Part shown: piece after piece, positions 23,801 to 32,254 of the stretch | How the letters are laid out: every line of letters begins with the position of its first letter | Position numbering within the stretch: position 1 is the stretch's first letter | Assembly: GCA_019058315.1 (NCBI GenBank) | Contig: JAHPZH010000002.1 | Coordinates: 608,001 to 672,000, forward strand | Reading direction: 5' to 3' | Origin: Candidatus Helarchaeota archaeon | GTDB taxonomy: Archaea; Asgardarchaeota; Lokiarchaeia; Helarchaeales; RDOG01 | DNA length: 64,000 nt | Position numbers and translations under genes: made by a program | Notes under the pieces: model-generated | What the model was told of the DNA's origin: nothing | Seen by the model: only the letters and a program-made list of their open reading frames with translations | Database searches by the model: none

Positions 23801-25319
23801 ATATAATGGTAAATCAGTATTTCCGGGAACAACATACACTATTAATCGTGAACTGGGCGGAAATCCGACTGTCTTAGGTTACACAAATTCTGGTATGAAT
23901 TCATCAACTGCAGGTTATGATTTAATTTGGAATGGTCCATATCATCATCGTGATACTGGTGCTCACCATGCTTACTTTACCTATGTATTCCCAATTCCTT
24001 CAGATGCTTTTATTTCGGAAATCTTTTGGAATGTAACAAATCTAGATGATACTACGGCAAGCGGAATTAGTATTACTAATTTATCAGCATTCTACGGTGG
24101 CACTGGTCCTGCTGATCCAAATCGGGGTTGGAAGACTATAACAACTCCTGGATACGGTGGTGGTGGTGTCTATAGTGGTTCAATATACTCACAAACTTCA
24201 GTTGGTGGAACTTACTCAGATCCTTGGTCCCCTGGACATACACATCATTTATACCTAACAAGTCGTGGACAAGACACTTCTGAAACTTGGGAATATTTAA
24301 TGTTCGAAGTATATGTTCAAGATGATTTTATCACAGGTGCACAAGGTTGGGCTAATTTAGGATGGAATGATACAGATCCACCATTAGCCGATCAAGTAAA
24401 TAATCCATTGCCTGTCACTTTACTGTTAGAAATTAGGACTTATGATTTTCTCGATGAATGGGGTATGAATAACTTTGAACTTCCAGAAGGGCTAATTTCG
24501 GGATTCAAAGTTATCGCTACTATGTGGGATCCTCAAGAAATTGACGACTCTATTTCACCGACTTTCTATCCCAATTTCACAGTTTCTTATAAAACAGTTA
24601 GAATGGAAGACGGTTCTAATCTATTTCCATATGTGAATAACTCTATTCTTACGCCAAAAGTATATATCCGACTTGATATGGAAGATTCCATTGTTAATGA
24701 GGATGTAACAGGTGGTCGTGGGGATACTTTATATGTAGATCATAATCGCACATATGGATACCTTTGGCAACCATTACAATCAGCTAATCTACCATATGTT
24801 ACGACGAACTCGAGTATTCTCAATGTGGAATCAGAATTTTTAATTACAGTAAACGTAACACCTGATAACGCATTACGCAATTATTACCTCAATTTGACCT
24901 TACCTAACAGTAGAGGTTATATTGAACCAAAGCTAGGCAGACTAATAGTTATAAGCAATAATCCTGATGTTCAAAGGAGAATGGGAACATTTCCACCAAA
25001 AGTGATAATAGATCCGCGCATATTAAACGCAACATATCCATATCCACATATATATCGATTAGGAACCAAAATCGATTTAGATCCTACAACATACGAATAT
25101 TCTATTGAATATCATTTAACTTTCAGAGTTTCTGCACTGTTTCTAAAAGATTGGAGAGAAAATTACGCAACAAGTAATCCGTTTGAGAGATTCTATTTCT
25201 CTTGTGTCTGGGACAAACCTAGAGGTACTTTTGAATCTATTACTGAAAGATATATCAAAGCAACGACTTTTGGTCCGTTTGGAAGAGAAGAATATAGAGA
25301 AGTTTATATCCAAACTTAA
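14874..25319 (+). CDS. Giant (3481 aa) exported or N-terminally anchored protein with LEA_2/DUF3712-like repeats and inserted beta-sandwich domains
   Basis: Uninterrupted 10.4-kb ORF; N-terminal hydrophobic segment; acidic; many NxS/T; Gly/Ser linkers followed by amphipathic helices; Ca-binding-like DIDNDG. Confidence 0.75.
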   Translation: MASFIRKNWLRTIVIIGLFAAAGAAPTIIEQQMLPLVQLSGLVTDYYNPLSGDLNIEDIINNIVSINVLATSATQTTLLITTYIVNQPYNFYPMKIPALDLDLYYRAGRPYDSEKQIIQQFKADPNFGSLKEPIYDPLSYSWVRTMNIIIPNEVNIPVGTPGLVNVLITMYTNGQDENALSQMISTIIREEKIPSQRLFASGNVFFMGVPVPISLEIPEFAMPTSDEEGAGLTDLLSTFFLDMVPETDDLDFFHLADIRNYDDQNRNFYRDWNDTILNGLKDEGENFTEPLLENGTISATAFLRLTDKLSIGGGSVEIPSSPWNVQEGQNQTTGLLNYGDLSYWDSENIFGETRYTPKTEIENTVWGTAEQQLLLYVPGSLAERMNQPNWRNRIIGAIGFNRSQSMSLESRGSSVPLLLSADIKITGDARPNANFTSGDAINTFIPQLIDYGNVSLGIVGNIKVKLGEMPLSLTIKLELEQDTSSLLGGSSSSVGASGLSALQNGGTSTSSIFDMIFGYFSLNNILFNGLAMDVYNKIMQVNSTLGLDLFFPYGIYFPDTPEEAEQFLSLQGGPIQIFNQSKPGEWGYLNQTFPYNKPDVVINEDFESYTDDNAWQTTSRWTIYNESGSDITLDLFSGKLGSRGLIYNSDGSADCHIENSFSQQLGISGFYFDVKINTTQGEFTALLHNSSSPIMNLTIDSLGNIKVNGLQSARINNNTDSWYRIFVTTNSDPIGTFDVTIAGIVNETHTGTGAESQFWLPNIITSGDIITIYAINEQDAEVSFDGNDVKNNFAVNQTLDNIYYVMINESFDGDGTTSDFTFANIANTTGATDAIVEVLMYNATNSTQKQVFTHTAGVPSAGYEYTRSSQQIFLYNAGVLYNPPIGFKINTTFYVEEDNYDAITGNTVLRFLYNPPADNATVTISFHTIDRPVFTYTTSPSTGYQYRWNPTYNRVDLYLDGSDYLLPLNYELFIDYNLGTVVDDGSFINNFIPTNLTLMMNDSYGPIYIDNVMFRNAKTLEEAQKQWYQDHLLFNLTIETETLKDTFAKILSEIGSYRNGMGIAYHFNSRYLIGAYGTPQVGYYSQVLANLNDQATGYPIGTMPTGNDTIDAQRGLPLAKVPFEIKLDDLRLNIKEIFPQFGDGASSLLNSIGINPSLISYLNKSLDDWGVQTGKGSGAGNTGTLADLLLFDLNQFLKILYQDGPANDLFDFMIDQGFLNETYSALNLTALVDGALNLLGADDLMSGATGGEDSEDLFTMLPELLQATNINFDDILPGLIDYLIENMSYENGVKLFELLDVALSSTGTETADIATGIDDESWFVLFDNLKALLNIIDPMELAYVAINNPLPFVDYLNRSSMLSEYTVMPLIESLFSEMEGGEEFDWDKLLRNAAGLIEGLLFGVDIPDGITQPWENKGINLFAMLQAPESIQDYDPFSNQTITLEEARMALENLYNTGKGLEIQQVGEGNYIADTPPYDNLRVVSTEALALMLAGFTAEDIYQLLADLGILDLTQLGSTGGDDMFSGINALLPILGMLVPPGEWMSILREMGIWSTWDGDWDMMVYVDIWGMITIPINVAALMGRLVNLEKLLATGIMEILPDFPIGGGQIDLFNIQLSLNENQSYGNPYFYQTGYDTSSTSDSQRTGPWRQKTTGLTTSCDNWGWVPMGWDPGGPQYGSPLKNYSSDTGDDYPRSVLSKVISNLPISIDLDIDEIDIPRTEILRFGIIFGDIVIDIEMTLPIDLAVRLRMEGNPASMVKELETAGMSPYGFLTHLYPNPNQWIYDMFGDLAGGGGGGGTTSNMDYLDKIFNNLDLFVDALFTADTDLMHTMSFLLDPDFMKGSRFYLDPSYMVWDIVNNVTGLEEENPAKYTLYWDYDYQANGYGNVTQRPYFGDGDEVPDEYPWYRFFLPSYNQLNPHRGPGTYLQADIYRYPLILDQYTPLGYPGQGYWLNTPDGTPDGVQHYWYDTPYAYINTTPSASDPWPNVDPDDWANPNGNTGSGYYQWTVGGTTYYWGENAPAHPDRADFPYEQVPLVDIDMGDWATYAPLYYGWASNPAHPVYASGEANNNFGTAPVHTSIQDTDSYGYPDIWASFAFALDQTDYRFGYWEKNTTAHSVDNTPYDYLNCLPFWTLLSLGVTPHLSGAIDFFDIPGMMTDVAQVATANLGSDYWHKSEYNRTYRWFEPHWDYIDNKGFAYEDNVSLGVDGLVTMNGAATAFTSYGNPVWTDYGNGTVKVWNNIEYYGDLYDVDLNPFGLLQWIWDGASDVFKLNDTGGIPKYESYMTKYLAPYSTPNLKGALEWLADKGFTIDHILNILPTLIEDLSSSAAGSTDMLTDMLGTETIVNFIKSMEDYYRRVPAIINRTDWALNHDPNSPNYLLDMAQNRTRAAELILEGLSDFPEILDINPAKAARGALSYLMPRVADIFGTGGVGGEGGTEELLDGLNDLLHDSGLVDIIFEDTSKIRNLALDLSIQNTMLNLTFMGWKFIDIQLDDLEITFNLTEIGEALGNEESGNGGGDFPIELPLDFASPFPYIELSTFNGPYEVTFQALNASSSPNPAEIAGVDVSWGQVYYWADPDDPSINTYYFNVTMYDSPLSGWYNESLLPDIPPNAKLYIHNVSDFDLTHTNATGHVTFYGNIGEDNFGWVDPYVYVHVEPIDLPNLFYYWWNVTTISTQLTLGGHQEIQKARWVTPRSDGKVPNIVIQTATPFDSYVTDIDNDGLSEIFARVEIDNNTMSDVQKIFFMPNGTIDTINVSHALGYDIDLWADSNIIQNDTWDVDGLGGQTKYTFSEEVTPDGSNIVYPVSPKLITGIQVNSGTWIDDSLTKAQIYYYDIEDEDQDNPIYLLNWDIRENQYMGSYGGWVENLTGSNRLSMIYPDTSPTQPETLSWTVFGQLQASANASRGVTLVYDETTYGGQQYTNLYRICDLDLFLTNVTGANRLKTLTNLELWYYDYYVPEGDGYGSKKQSLIYSYNGKSVFPGTTYTINRELGGNPTVLGYTNSGMNSSTAGYDLIWNGPYHHRDTGAHHAYFTYVFPIPSDAFISEIFWNVTNLDDTTASGISITNLSAFYGGTGPADPNRGWKTITTPGYGGGGVYSGSIYSQTSVGGTYSDPWSPGHTHHLYLTSRGQDTSETWEYLMFEVYVQDDFITGAQGWANLGWNDTDPPLADQVNNPLPVTLLLEIRTYDFLDEWGMNNFELPEGLISGFKVIATMWDPQEIDDSISPTFYPNFTVSYKTVRMEDGSNLFPYVNNSILTPKVYIRLDMEDSIVNEDVTGGRGDTLYVDHNRTYGYLWQPLQSANLPYVTTNSSILNVESEFLITVNVTPDNALRNYYLNLTLPNSRGYIEPKLGRLIVISNNPDVQRRMGTFPPKVIIDPRILNATYPYPHIYRLGTKIDLDPTTYEYSIEYHLTFRVSALFLKDWRENYATSNPFERFYFSCVWDKPRGTFESITERYIKATTFGPFGREEYREVYIQT

Positions 25320-25463
25320 AAAAATTTTCTTTAACTCATTCCTTTTTTTTTTGATTTTTTTAAAATTTCTATCCTAATCACAAAATTATTTAATTAACTT
25401 AGATAGTAAAGATTTGTAACACAAAGAATAAATTAAATATTAATATTAACATGGAATAGGAAA

Positions 25464-28400
25464 ATGAAAATCCGAAAGAAATTAGTAATTTTTTTTTTAC
25501 TCTCACAGATTTCATGCCAGTTCTTAATTTTATCCGCTTTATTTTCAACCAATGAAGATTATCCAAACTTTTTAAATCCTAATATTAATATATCAATTCC
25601 AATTGAAAGTAGTTCAGTTCCTTCTCCTTATTATGATAATTTCTTTAGTGAATATAACTGGGAATTTGATCCCAATTATGCACCTCTTCAGATTTTAACT
25701 GTTGTACACTATGATGAAAATTCGAATATGGATGATTTTGCATATCTATCTGCAATTCCTAATGTAATTTTTAATGATAGTGGAATTCGTAAAATTTCTC
25801 CAATAATATATGATAATGTTATAGATCATGAGAATACATTGGAATTTTTAAAAGAATGGAAACAATATAATGACATATTTGGTGGATTAAAGAGAGTAAT
25901 ATACGTTGGTGATGTTTCAAGTGCGACTCGAAATAAAATTACGGAGATTTTTGGAACACAAGGCGAAGCTGGTGCACCGATCAATTTTACGGGAAGTAAT
26001 ATTTTTGATTTATCCGCACAAATAAGTGATTATTTCTGGTATAAATCATCGAAAGCTGTTCTAGTATTAGGTGATGATACTTTTAACGAGCCAGAATCAA
26101 TTTATAATTATTCAATTAGTGATAATATCAATCCAAATACTTATTACTCTTTGATAGATAACATTACCAATATTAATTTAGAAGATATTTTTATTCCAAG
26201 TGCTCTAACTTTTGATGGTGGTGCGATATTTGCATACATTAATGATACAAATAATAAACTTGCATTAGATCTAATTGGAAATTATTCTACTTCAAATAAA
26301 TGGGTTTTTGACACTGATAATTCAACAAATAGTAATTTAATCTTCTTTCCTAACGTTACATATCCAGCAAATCTATCTGATTGGGCTATCCGTGTTTATA
26401 ATACTTCTCAAATTTCTTCTGATGTAGTATATAACATTACATTTTCCAATTTTACTGGCTTTTATCAACCTATAAAAGTTAATTATTCAAATACAAAATT
26501 AAAAATTGATATAAATTGGACAGACCCCCAAAAAGATATCGACTTATGGTTATTAAATCCAGATGGACAATTAGTAGAAAGCTCAGATCGCAATGGTTAC
26601 TTGTATGAAAGTGGTGAAACGAATGAATCAATATCAATCGAATATCCCTCAATGGGTAATTGGACTGTTATCGTCACCGCAAATGAGAATCAATCATCTA
26701 TTCCTTTTACATTAAAAATTAATTTTTTAAATCATTCGAATTATAAGACTAGATGCGTAGAATCTGCTTCTAATGGGGCAGTCATTGCTTCTCTTATGCA
26801 TGCTCCTATATTTTTCACGGATGGCAATAGTCTATCATCCTATACGCGAGAAATTTTATCAAGTTTATCACTTTCTGAAGTGATTGTAGTTGAACCTGGT
26901 AATACAATTAATGAGACCTTAATTACTGAGTTAGGTATTTCTACACTAAGTCTGGAAAACATTTCAATAATTCGTGAGTATATTCAAAATTTTAGCTTAC
27001 AAAACGATTTTATATTAACTACTCTTAAAGACGGCTATTTTGCCCCCGCAAGTTTGTTATCCGCTTATCATGGTGGAATAGTTCTACCGATTTTTAATGA
27101 AACTTTTAATTTCTACTCAAAAGCTCTAAGTAATTATAAATTGATGGAATATAGTTATTTTCAGGCCCCATTAACAGGTCCAGGACCAATTTATGAAGAT
27201 ATGACAGATCTTTCAGACGCCTTTCATAATTTTTTAAATGTTTTAGATCCTGGAGGTATCAACCGAACGGTTATAACTGTGTCTCAATTAACAGACTTAT
27301 ATCCAATCTTTGAAAGGGCAATAATTGGAGAATCATTTTCTGGCAGATTTCCTGGAGAAAATGAAATTGACGATACAACATATATATGTCGTTCCATATT
27401 ATATAGAGCCACAAACTATAAGAAATATACACCTAACGAAGATGCACTTTACCAACCTTATGAAAGAACGGGTTATTGGGCTGACCGATTCGATTCGATA
27501 AATCCTGAAGGTAATGCAAAGGGAAATTGGGGTATTTTTTCTGATGTATTGGTGAAAGATGCAAATGATAATAAATCCCATTTTTGTTTTAATAGTGTAT
27601 TAGGTGAAATATTGCGACCATCTTCTATACGTTTAAATGATTATGGTTTAGTTTTTGAAAATATAACGAAAATCAATATTAAATATCGCGCAAGAATCGG
27701 TTATAATGACTCTAATATTCAATTTGCAGGATTAAAGATTTGGAATTGGACTGCTTCTAATTTTACTACTCTTAGTACCTCCATTTTTAATTCAACAGAT
27801 TATATGGACGGATTTTTTTATATAACAGAAGATAATAAATCTCATTTTATAAGTTCTCAAGCTGATGGAAGACGAATCGAGCTTTTTATGTATGTAAATA
27901 CCACAGGACCATCAATTAATGCTTCTGTTGATCAAGTTCAATTTAATATAAGTATGTGGTCTCCATTTGCGAGACAAAGGGTTTTATCTTCTAGCATTTC
28001 ATATTGGCATAATTTCACATTTGGAGGTCAAAATTATAATTTTTCCGAGGTTATTCCAAATAATTTCTCAAATTATGCTTACATTGTCAATTATTCAACT
28101 TCTTTTTCTAACATTACTGATTTCCTTAAAAGTAATGTAGCCCTTTGGTATTTTTGTGGGATTGGTAATTATTCTGGAATTCCATTTAATGATAATGGAT
28201 CTATAAAATTAATGACAGATGATTATTGGAGAGGTTTTAATACAGGTCAATCTCCAGAGGATCCAATAGGAGCCGAAAATCCAGTGGATCCAAGTGGTGT
28301 ACTCGAAGATTGGATAGGTGGTAGTGAATTATTTACTGTATTAATAAATGAAAGCCTTAATTTATCTCATATAATTTTAAATAATGATTTCTTAGGTTCT

Positions 28401-31400
28401 ACCCAAATGCCAAATCTCTTATTAAGTCATGGGGCTTCCGTTGTAGTTGCTGATTTACGAGATAATATGTTAGGTTATTCTGAATATTTGTTTTATAATT
28501 ATTTTCAAGAATTATTGAGGAATAAGACAATCAGTATAGCTCTAATAAATGCCTTTAATAAAACGAGTCACTTGTACTCAAAAGGTTGGAAGGGAAATAT
28601 TGTTGAATCTCCACCATTTCCAAATAATTCAGAAGATTACCATCAATTTATAATATTTGGCGATCCAGAATCATATCTTATTAATTCAACATCCTTATTA
28701 CTTTTACCAGGCAATTATAAACCAATTGCTCAAAGATTTTATAATATATCAACTCGTAAGGGAATAAAATCAACAGAAGTATATCAAAGTGATTCAATAT
28801 TTAACTCGTATTTATTTGCAAATATAACTGATATCGATAATTCAATAGATAATTTAACAATACTAACTGAAAGTGATGTTCCTTCGGATTTTTTATTTGG
28901 AGACTCTTTTACTGCTAGTGATATTAGAGGTGGTCATCTATATAATATAGGAGTCGAGGGCCAATTTTATATTAAAGCAGTTGTTTTTCCGGATAATATG
29001 ACATTCAAATGGAAAATCTATGATCAAACTGATTCTGTAGAATTTCAAAATATTATCACTCTATTTTCTAATCCACCTACAATAGACCATTCTGGTCCAA
29101 CCCACTTCTTTTCTATAGACCGTTATCAAAACGGTTCAGTTGAGGAAATGTATTTTGATCAAAGTTATACAATTGGCAGGATAAATCAAACTCTTAATGC
29201 TTCTGTAGTTATACAAGATACTGATCATGATAATACAACAACCTTTATTAATGATCAAAATGAGTGGAATGTAACTCTACATCTAATACATAAGTCTAGT
29301 GGAATTTGGGTAAAGAATCTTACAATGGAGTTAAGTAAATCAACTGGAGATTATATTGCGAGTGGTTATCAATGGATTTATGGTTATTCTCAATGGAATA
29401 CTTCATATGTATTTACAGATGATGATCCTATTGGTGAATACGAATTCTTTGTTACCAGTATAGATAGTGAAGATGCATCCAGCTTTGAACAAGTTAATTT
29501 CACTGTAAAAGATCCCGAAGTGACGAATTGGCCTGCTGAATTCATCTCATTTACAAACAACACAAATACTCTATTTCGGGTTAATGAGAGTTTATATATA
29601 ACTGCTAATTTTTCTGACACAGATGGTTATTTAGATGAAAGTTTTTCAAGATATAAAGAAAACGATTCTATTATATTGAATTGCGAAGGAAATAATACAC
29701 TTACAAATATTAGTGTAAATGGGAGTTATTTTGAGAATGATTATCAAGCTACATATTTTGATGATAATTTTTCACATGTGATAGTCAATGACTCTTCTGG
29801 AATTATACGTATGCCGTATTCAATAAATCTATCAAATGCTGCAATAGAATACGATAATATTACTGAAGTTGAAATTAAATTAAGAGCATATTTAAATAAT
29901 ACTGAGAATCTCACCTTTGCAGGTTGGCAGATCTATAATTGGACTTCACAATCACTTCAAAATATATTTAATTCTACTAATAAAACAATAGGTATTTGTT
30001 ATATTTCAACAAATAACCTTTCAGATTTTATTAACCAGTCAGATAATCGTATAGAGATCTTTTTCTACTTGGAAACAAACACTACTACTAACGCAAGTAT
30101 TGATTATATTGAGTTTAATATAACTTATCCGGTGACTAAAACAGGAATTTCAGCAGAAATTCAGATGTATAATCCTCTTTATGGTGAAAATTGGATTAAC
30201 CGTACGATGATTTACGATAAAATAAGGGAAATTTGGAATTTTAATTGGGTATTTAGCCCAGAAAATGCTAGTGGCCCTTGGTATATTTATTTCAATTTAA
30301 CTGATAAAGAAAATGAGTATAGAGTTTGGAATATAAGTGAAATAATGAATGCAAGTAAAAATATCACGGTTAAGAATCACATTCCTAATTGGATCACTTC
30401 AAATATATCAGTTAATTCTACGTATAGAGGGGATCCTATTTTATTCTATGGTAATGCAACTGATATTGATATTTTTGATCGTATTAGCAATCTAACTTTA
30501 ATAGTTAATTTATCTCGTGTAGGAGAGGTAGTTAATCCAAAACAATATCCAATGAATTATGATAATAATACAAATCAATGGAATTGTTCGGTAATACCTG
30601 TATATACAACAAATCCTCTTACTACCTTTGCACCTGGTAATTGGTCATATGAAGTTATTGTAATTGATGAAACTGGTGCATTTAATATAACTGATAAGAA
30701 GTATTTCGAAATATTGAACAACCTTCCTATTCTAACGATTAATAAATTTTCTCCTCATGATTTAGATTTATATGACGGAGAAAGCATCTATATAGAGGGC
30801 AATTTATCTGATAATGAAGAACTAGATACAGCTTATATTCAATTAAATGACTCTTCGGGGAAATTTTTAAAGCGATTTATTTGGTTTCCTCCTGGAAGTA
30901 ATAACAAGACTTTTAGCTTACAAATTTCTAAAAGTGAATATTCACAACTAAGCTTTAAAGGTACATGGACTTTATATATCTTTTTAAATGATACTGATGG
31001 CGATGTTGCAGAAGCTACTTATAGAATTTCATGTCAGTTCCCCCCATTTCTCCCCCCTCCTCCCCCATTCCAATGGGAATATCTAATTATAGCGGGTCTT
31101 ATTGTAACTGTAGTATTAGGTACAATATTAGTATATAGGTTTTATAGAAGAGAGCATGTTGTAGTTCCAGCAAGTAGAGTTAAAGCTATTATTAAGAAAA
31201 TGGTAGAAGAAAAAGAAATCACGGAACTTGAAGAAGAAAAGGTAATAAAAGAAAGATTGAAGAAAGAAAAACTTAAGAAAAAACCTTCAAAGAAAATTAA
31301 AAAAGTAAAACCAGTTTCAAAGGAAAGATTAGAAGGCAAAAAAGAAAAATTAGATAAATTAGAAATCAAAAACCTCGAAGTTCGACTATCAGAGATTCTA

Positions 31401-31565
31401 AATTCTGCAAGAGAAGCCATTAGAAAGAAAAACTTTAATTATGCAGCAGAATTGTATCAAAGAGCTGCGAAAACATCTTCAAAATTAGGAGATTTAGATA
31501 AAGCCAAAAGATTTTCGGAAAGAGCAGAAGAATTGTATAAACGAGGAAAGAAAAAAATTAGTTAA
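25464..31565 (+). CDS. Giant (2033 aa) type I membrane surface protein with CW_binding_2-like, PPC-like, C25 (gingipain)-like and Ig-like domains and a cytoplasmic helical tail
   Basis: Signal peptide; ASLMHAPIFFTD; W...DIDLWLLNPDG...GNWTV; FIIFGDP; poly-Pro then TM; KE-rich tail; AAELYQRAAK helix pair. Confidence 0.7.
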   Translation: MKIRKKLVIFFLLSQISCQFLILSALFSTNEDYPNFLNPNINISIPIESSSVPSPYYDNFFSEYNWEFDPNYAPLQILTVVHYDENSNMDDFAYLSAIPNVIFNDSGIRKISPIIYDNVIDHENTLEFLKEWKQYNDIFGGLKRVIYVGDVSSATRNKITEIFGTQGEAGAPINFTGSNIFDLSAQISDYFWYKSSKAVLVLGDDTFNEPESIYNYSISDNINPNTYYSLIDNITNINLEDIFIPSALTFDGGAIFAYINDTNNKLALDLIGNYSTSNKWVFDTDNSTNSNLIFFPNVTYPANLSDWAIRVYNTSQISSDVVYNITFSNFTGFYQPIKVNYSNTKLKIDINWTDPQKDIDLWLLNPDGQLVESSDRNGYLYESGETNESISIEYPSMGNWTVIVTANENQSSIPFTLKINFLNHSNYKTRCVESASNGAVIASLMHAPIFFTDGNSLSSYTREILSSLSLSEVIVVEPGNTINETLITELGISTLSLENISIIREYIQNFSLQNDFILTTLKDGYFAPASLLSAYHGGIVLPIFNETFNFYSKALSNYKLMEYSYFQAPLTGPGPIYEDMTDLSDAFHNFLNVLDPGGINRTVITVSQLTDLYPIFERAIIGESFSGRFPGENEIDDTTYICRSILYRATNYKKYTPNEDALYQPYERTGYWADRFDSINPEGNAKGNWGIFSDVLVKDANDNKSHFCFNSVLGEILRPSSIRLNDYGLVFENITKINIKYRARIGYNDSNIQFAGLKIWNWTASNFTTLSTSIFNSTDYMDGFFYITEDNKSHFISSQADGRRIELFMYVNTTGPSINASVDQVQFNISMWSPFARQRVLSSSISYWHNFTFGGQNYNFSEVIPNNFSNYAYIVNYSTSFSNITDFLKSNVALWYFCGIGNYSGIPFNDNGSIKLMTDDYWRGFNTGQSPEDPIGAENPVDPSGVLEDWIGGSELFTVLINESLNLSHIILNNDFLGSTQMPNLLLSHGASVVVADLRDNMLGYSEYLFYNYFQELLRNKTISIALINAFNKTSHLYSKGWKGNIVESPPFPNNSEDYHQFIIFGDPESYLINSTSLLLLPGNYKPIAQRFYNISTRKGIKSTEVYQSDSIFNSYLFANITDIDNSIDNLTILTESDVPSDFLFGDSFTASDIRGGHLYNIGVEGQFYIKAVVFPDNMTFKWKIYDQTDSVEFQNIITLFSNPPTIDHSGPTHFFSIDRYQNGSVEEMYFDQSYTIGRINQTLNASVVIQDTDHDNTTTFINDQNEWNVTLHLIHKSSGIWVKNLTMELSKSTGDYIASGYQWIYGYSQWNTSYVFTDDDPIGEYEFFVTSIDSEDASSFEQVNFTVKDPEVTNWPAEFISFTNNTNTLFRVNESLYITANFSDTDGYLDESFSRYKENDSIILNCEGNNTLTNISVNGSYFENDYQATYFDDNFSHVIVNDSSGIIRMPYSINLSNAAIEYDNITEVEIKLRAYLNNTENLTFAGWQIYNWTSQSLQNIFNSTNKTIGICYISTNNLSDFINQSDNRIEIFFYLETNTTTNASIDYIEFNITYPVTKTGISAEIQMYNPLYGENWINRTMIYDKIREIWNFNWVFSPENASGPWYIYFNLTDKENEYRVWNISEIMNASKNITVKNHIPNWITSNISVNSTYRGDPILFYGNATDIDIFDRISNLTLIVNLSRVGEVVNPKQYPMNYDNNTNQWNCSVIPVYTTNPLTTFAPGNWSYEVIVIDETGAFNITDKKYFEILNNLPILTINKFSPHDLDLYDGESIYIEGNLSDNEELDTAYIQLNDSSGKFLKRFIWFPPGSNNKTFSLQISKSEYSQLSFKGTWTLYIFLNDTDGDVAEATYRISCQFPPFLPPPPPFQWEYLIIAGLIVTVVLGTILVYRFYRREHVVVPASRVKAIIKKMVEEKEITELEEEKVIKERLKKEKLKKKPSKKIKKVKPVSKERLEGKKEKLDKLEIKNLEVRLSEILNSAREAIRKKNFNYAAELYQRAAKTSSKLGDLDKAKRFSERAEELYKRGKKKIS

Positions 31566-31736
31566 ATTAAATTTCTTTTTTCCAATTAAACAAAAAATCT
31601 AAAATGACTTTTTATAAGCATAATTATCTTTAGAATTATTATTGAGAATTAAAATTAATAGCTTTAAAAGTAATAAAAATATTTTTTAATCAAATCATAA
31701 TTGTTTAACTGATTGTATAATAAATAATTTAAGAAT

Positions 31737-32252
31737 GTGGTTAGAAAATTGTCAATATCCTCAGCATTCAGAAAAGAATTATCAAAAAGTGAAATTGGAA
31801 AAACAATTAATTTTTGCTATCAGTGCGGAACTTGTTCTGGAATTTGTCCCGCATTGAGATATACTAAGATTTTTAACCCACGTCAAATAATTGAAAACTC
31901 ATTACTTGGGTTTAAAGATAAGATTATCGAAGGGGACATGATTTGGCAGTGTACAACATGTCATTCATGTCTAGAAGTTTGTCCTCAGGCAGTACTTGTT
32001 TCAGAAATTATGTTCCAATTAAAAAATCTTGCATCAAAAAAGGGAAATTTGCCAGAAGGTTTTAAACTCGAGGGTCAAAACGTAGCAACACTCGGGTTGA
32101 ATATACCAAATAGTCCTGCAATTGCAAGGCGTAGAACTCAACTTAAACTTAGTGAAAATATAACAACTCCAAATGTGGAAGACTTCAAAAAAATTTGTGA
32201 AGCTACGGGATTTTTTGATTTAGTCGGCAAACCCGAGAAAAAGGAGGGCTAA
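31737..32252 (+). CDS. hdrC: Heterodisulfide reductase subunit C
   Basis: CYQCGTCSGICP, NPRQII, WQCTTCHSCLEVCP; adjacent to hdrB. Confidence 0.92.
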   Translation: MVRKLSISSAFRKELSKSEIGKTINFCYQCGTCSGICPALRYTKIFNPRQIIENSLLGFKDKIIEGDMIWQCTTCHSCLEVCPQAVLVSEIMFQLKNLASKKGNLPEGFKLEGQNVATLGLNIPNSPAIARRRTQLKLSENITTPNVEDFKKICEATGFFDLVGKPEKKEG

Positions 32253-32254
32253 AA

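Noticed and set aside
16678-31420. Short ORFs overlapping the two giant genes (and similar shadow ORFs within aor, gap, hdrB and cdhC-like)
   Set aside because: Antisense or off-frame shadows of well-supported CDSs, with no motifs
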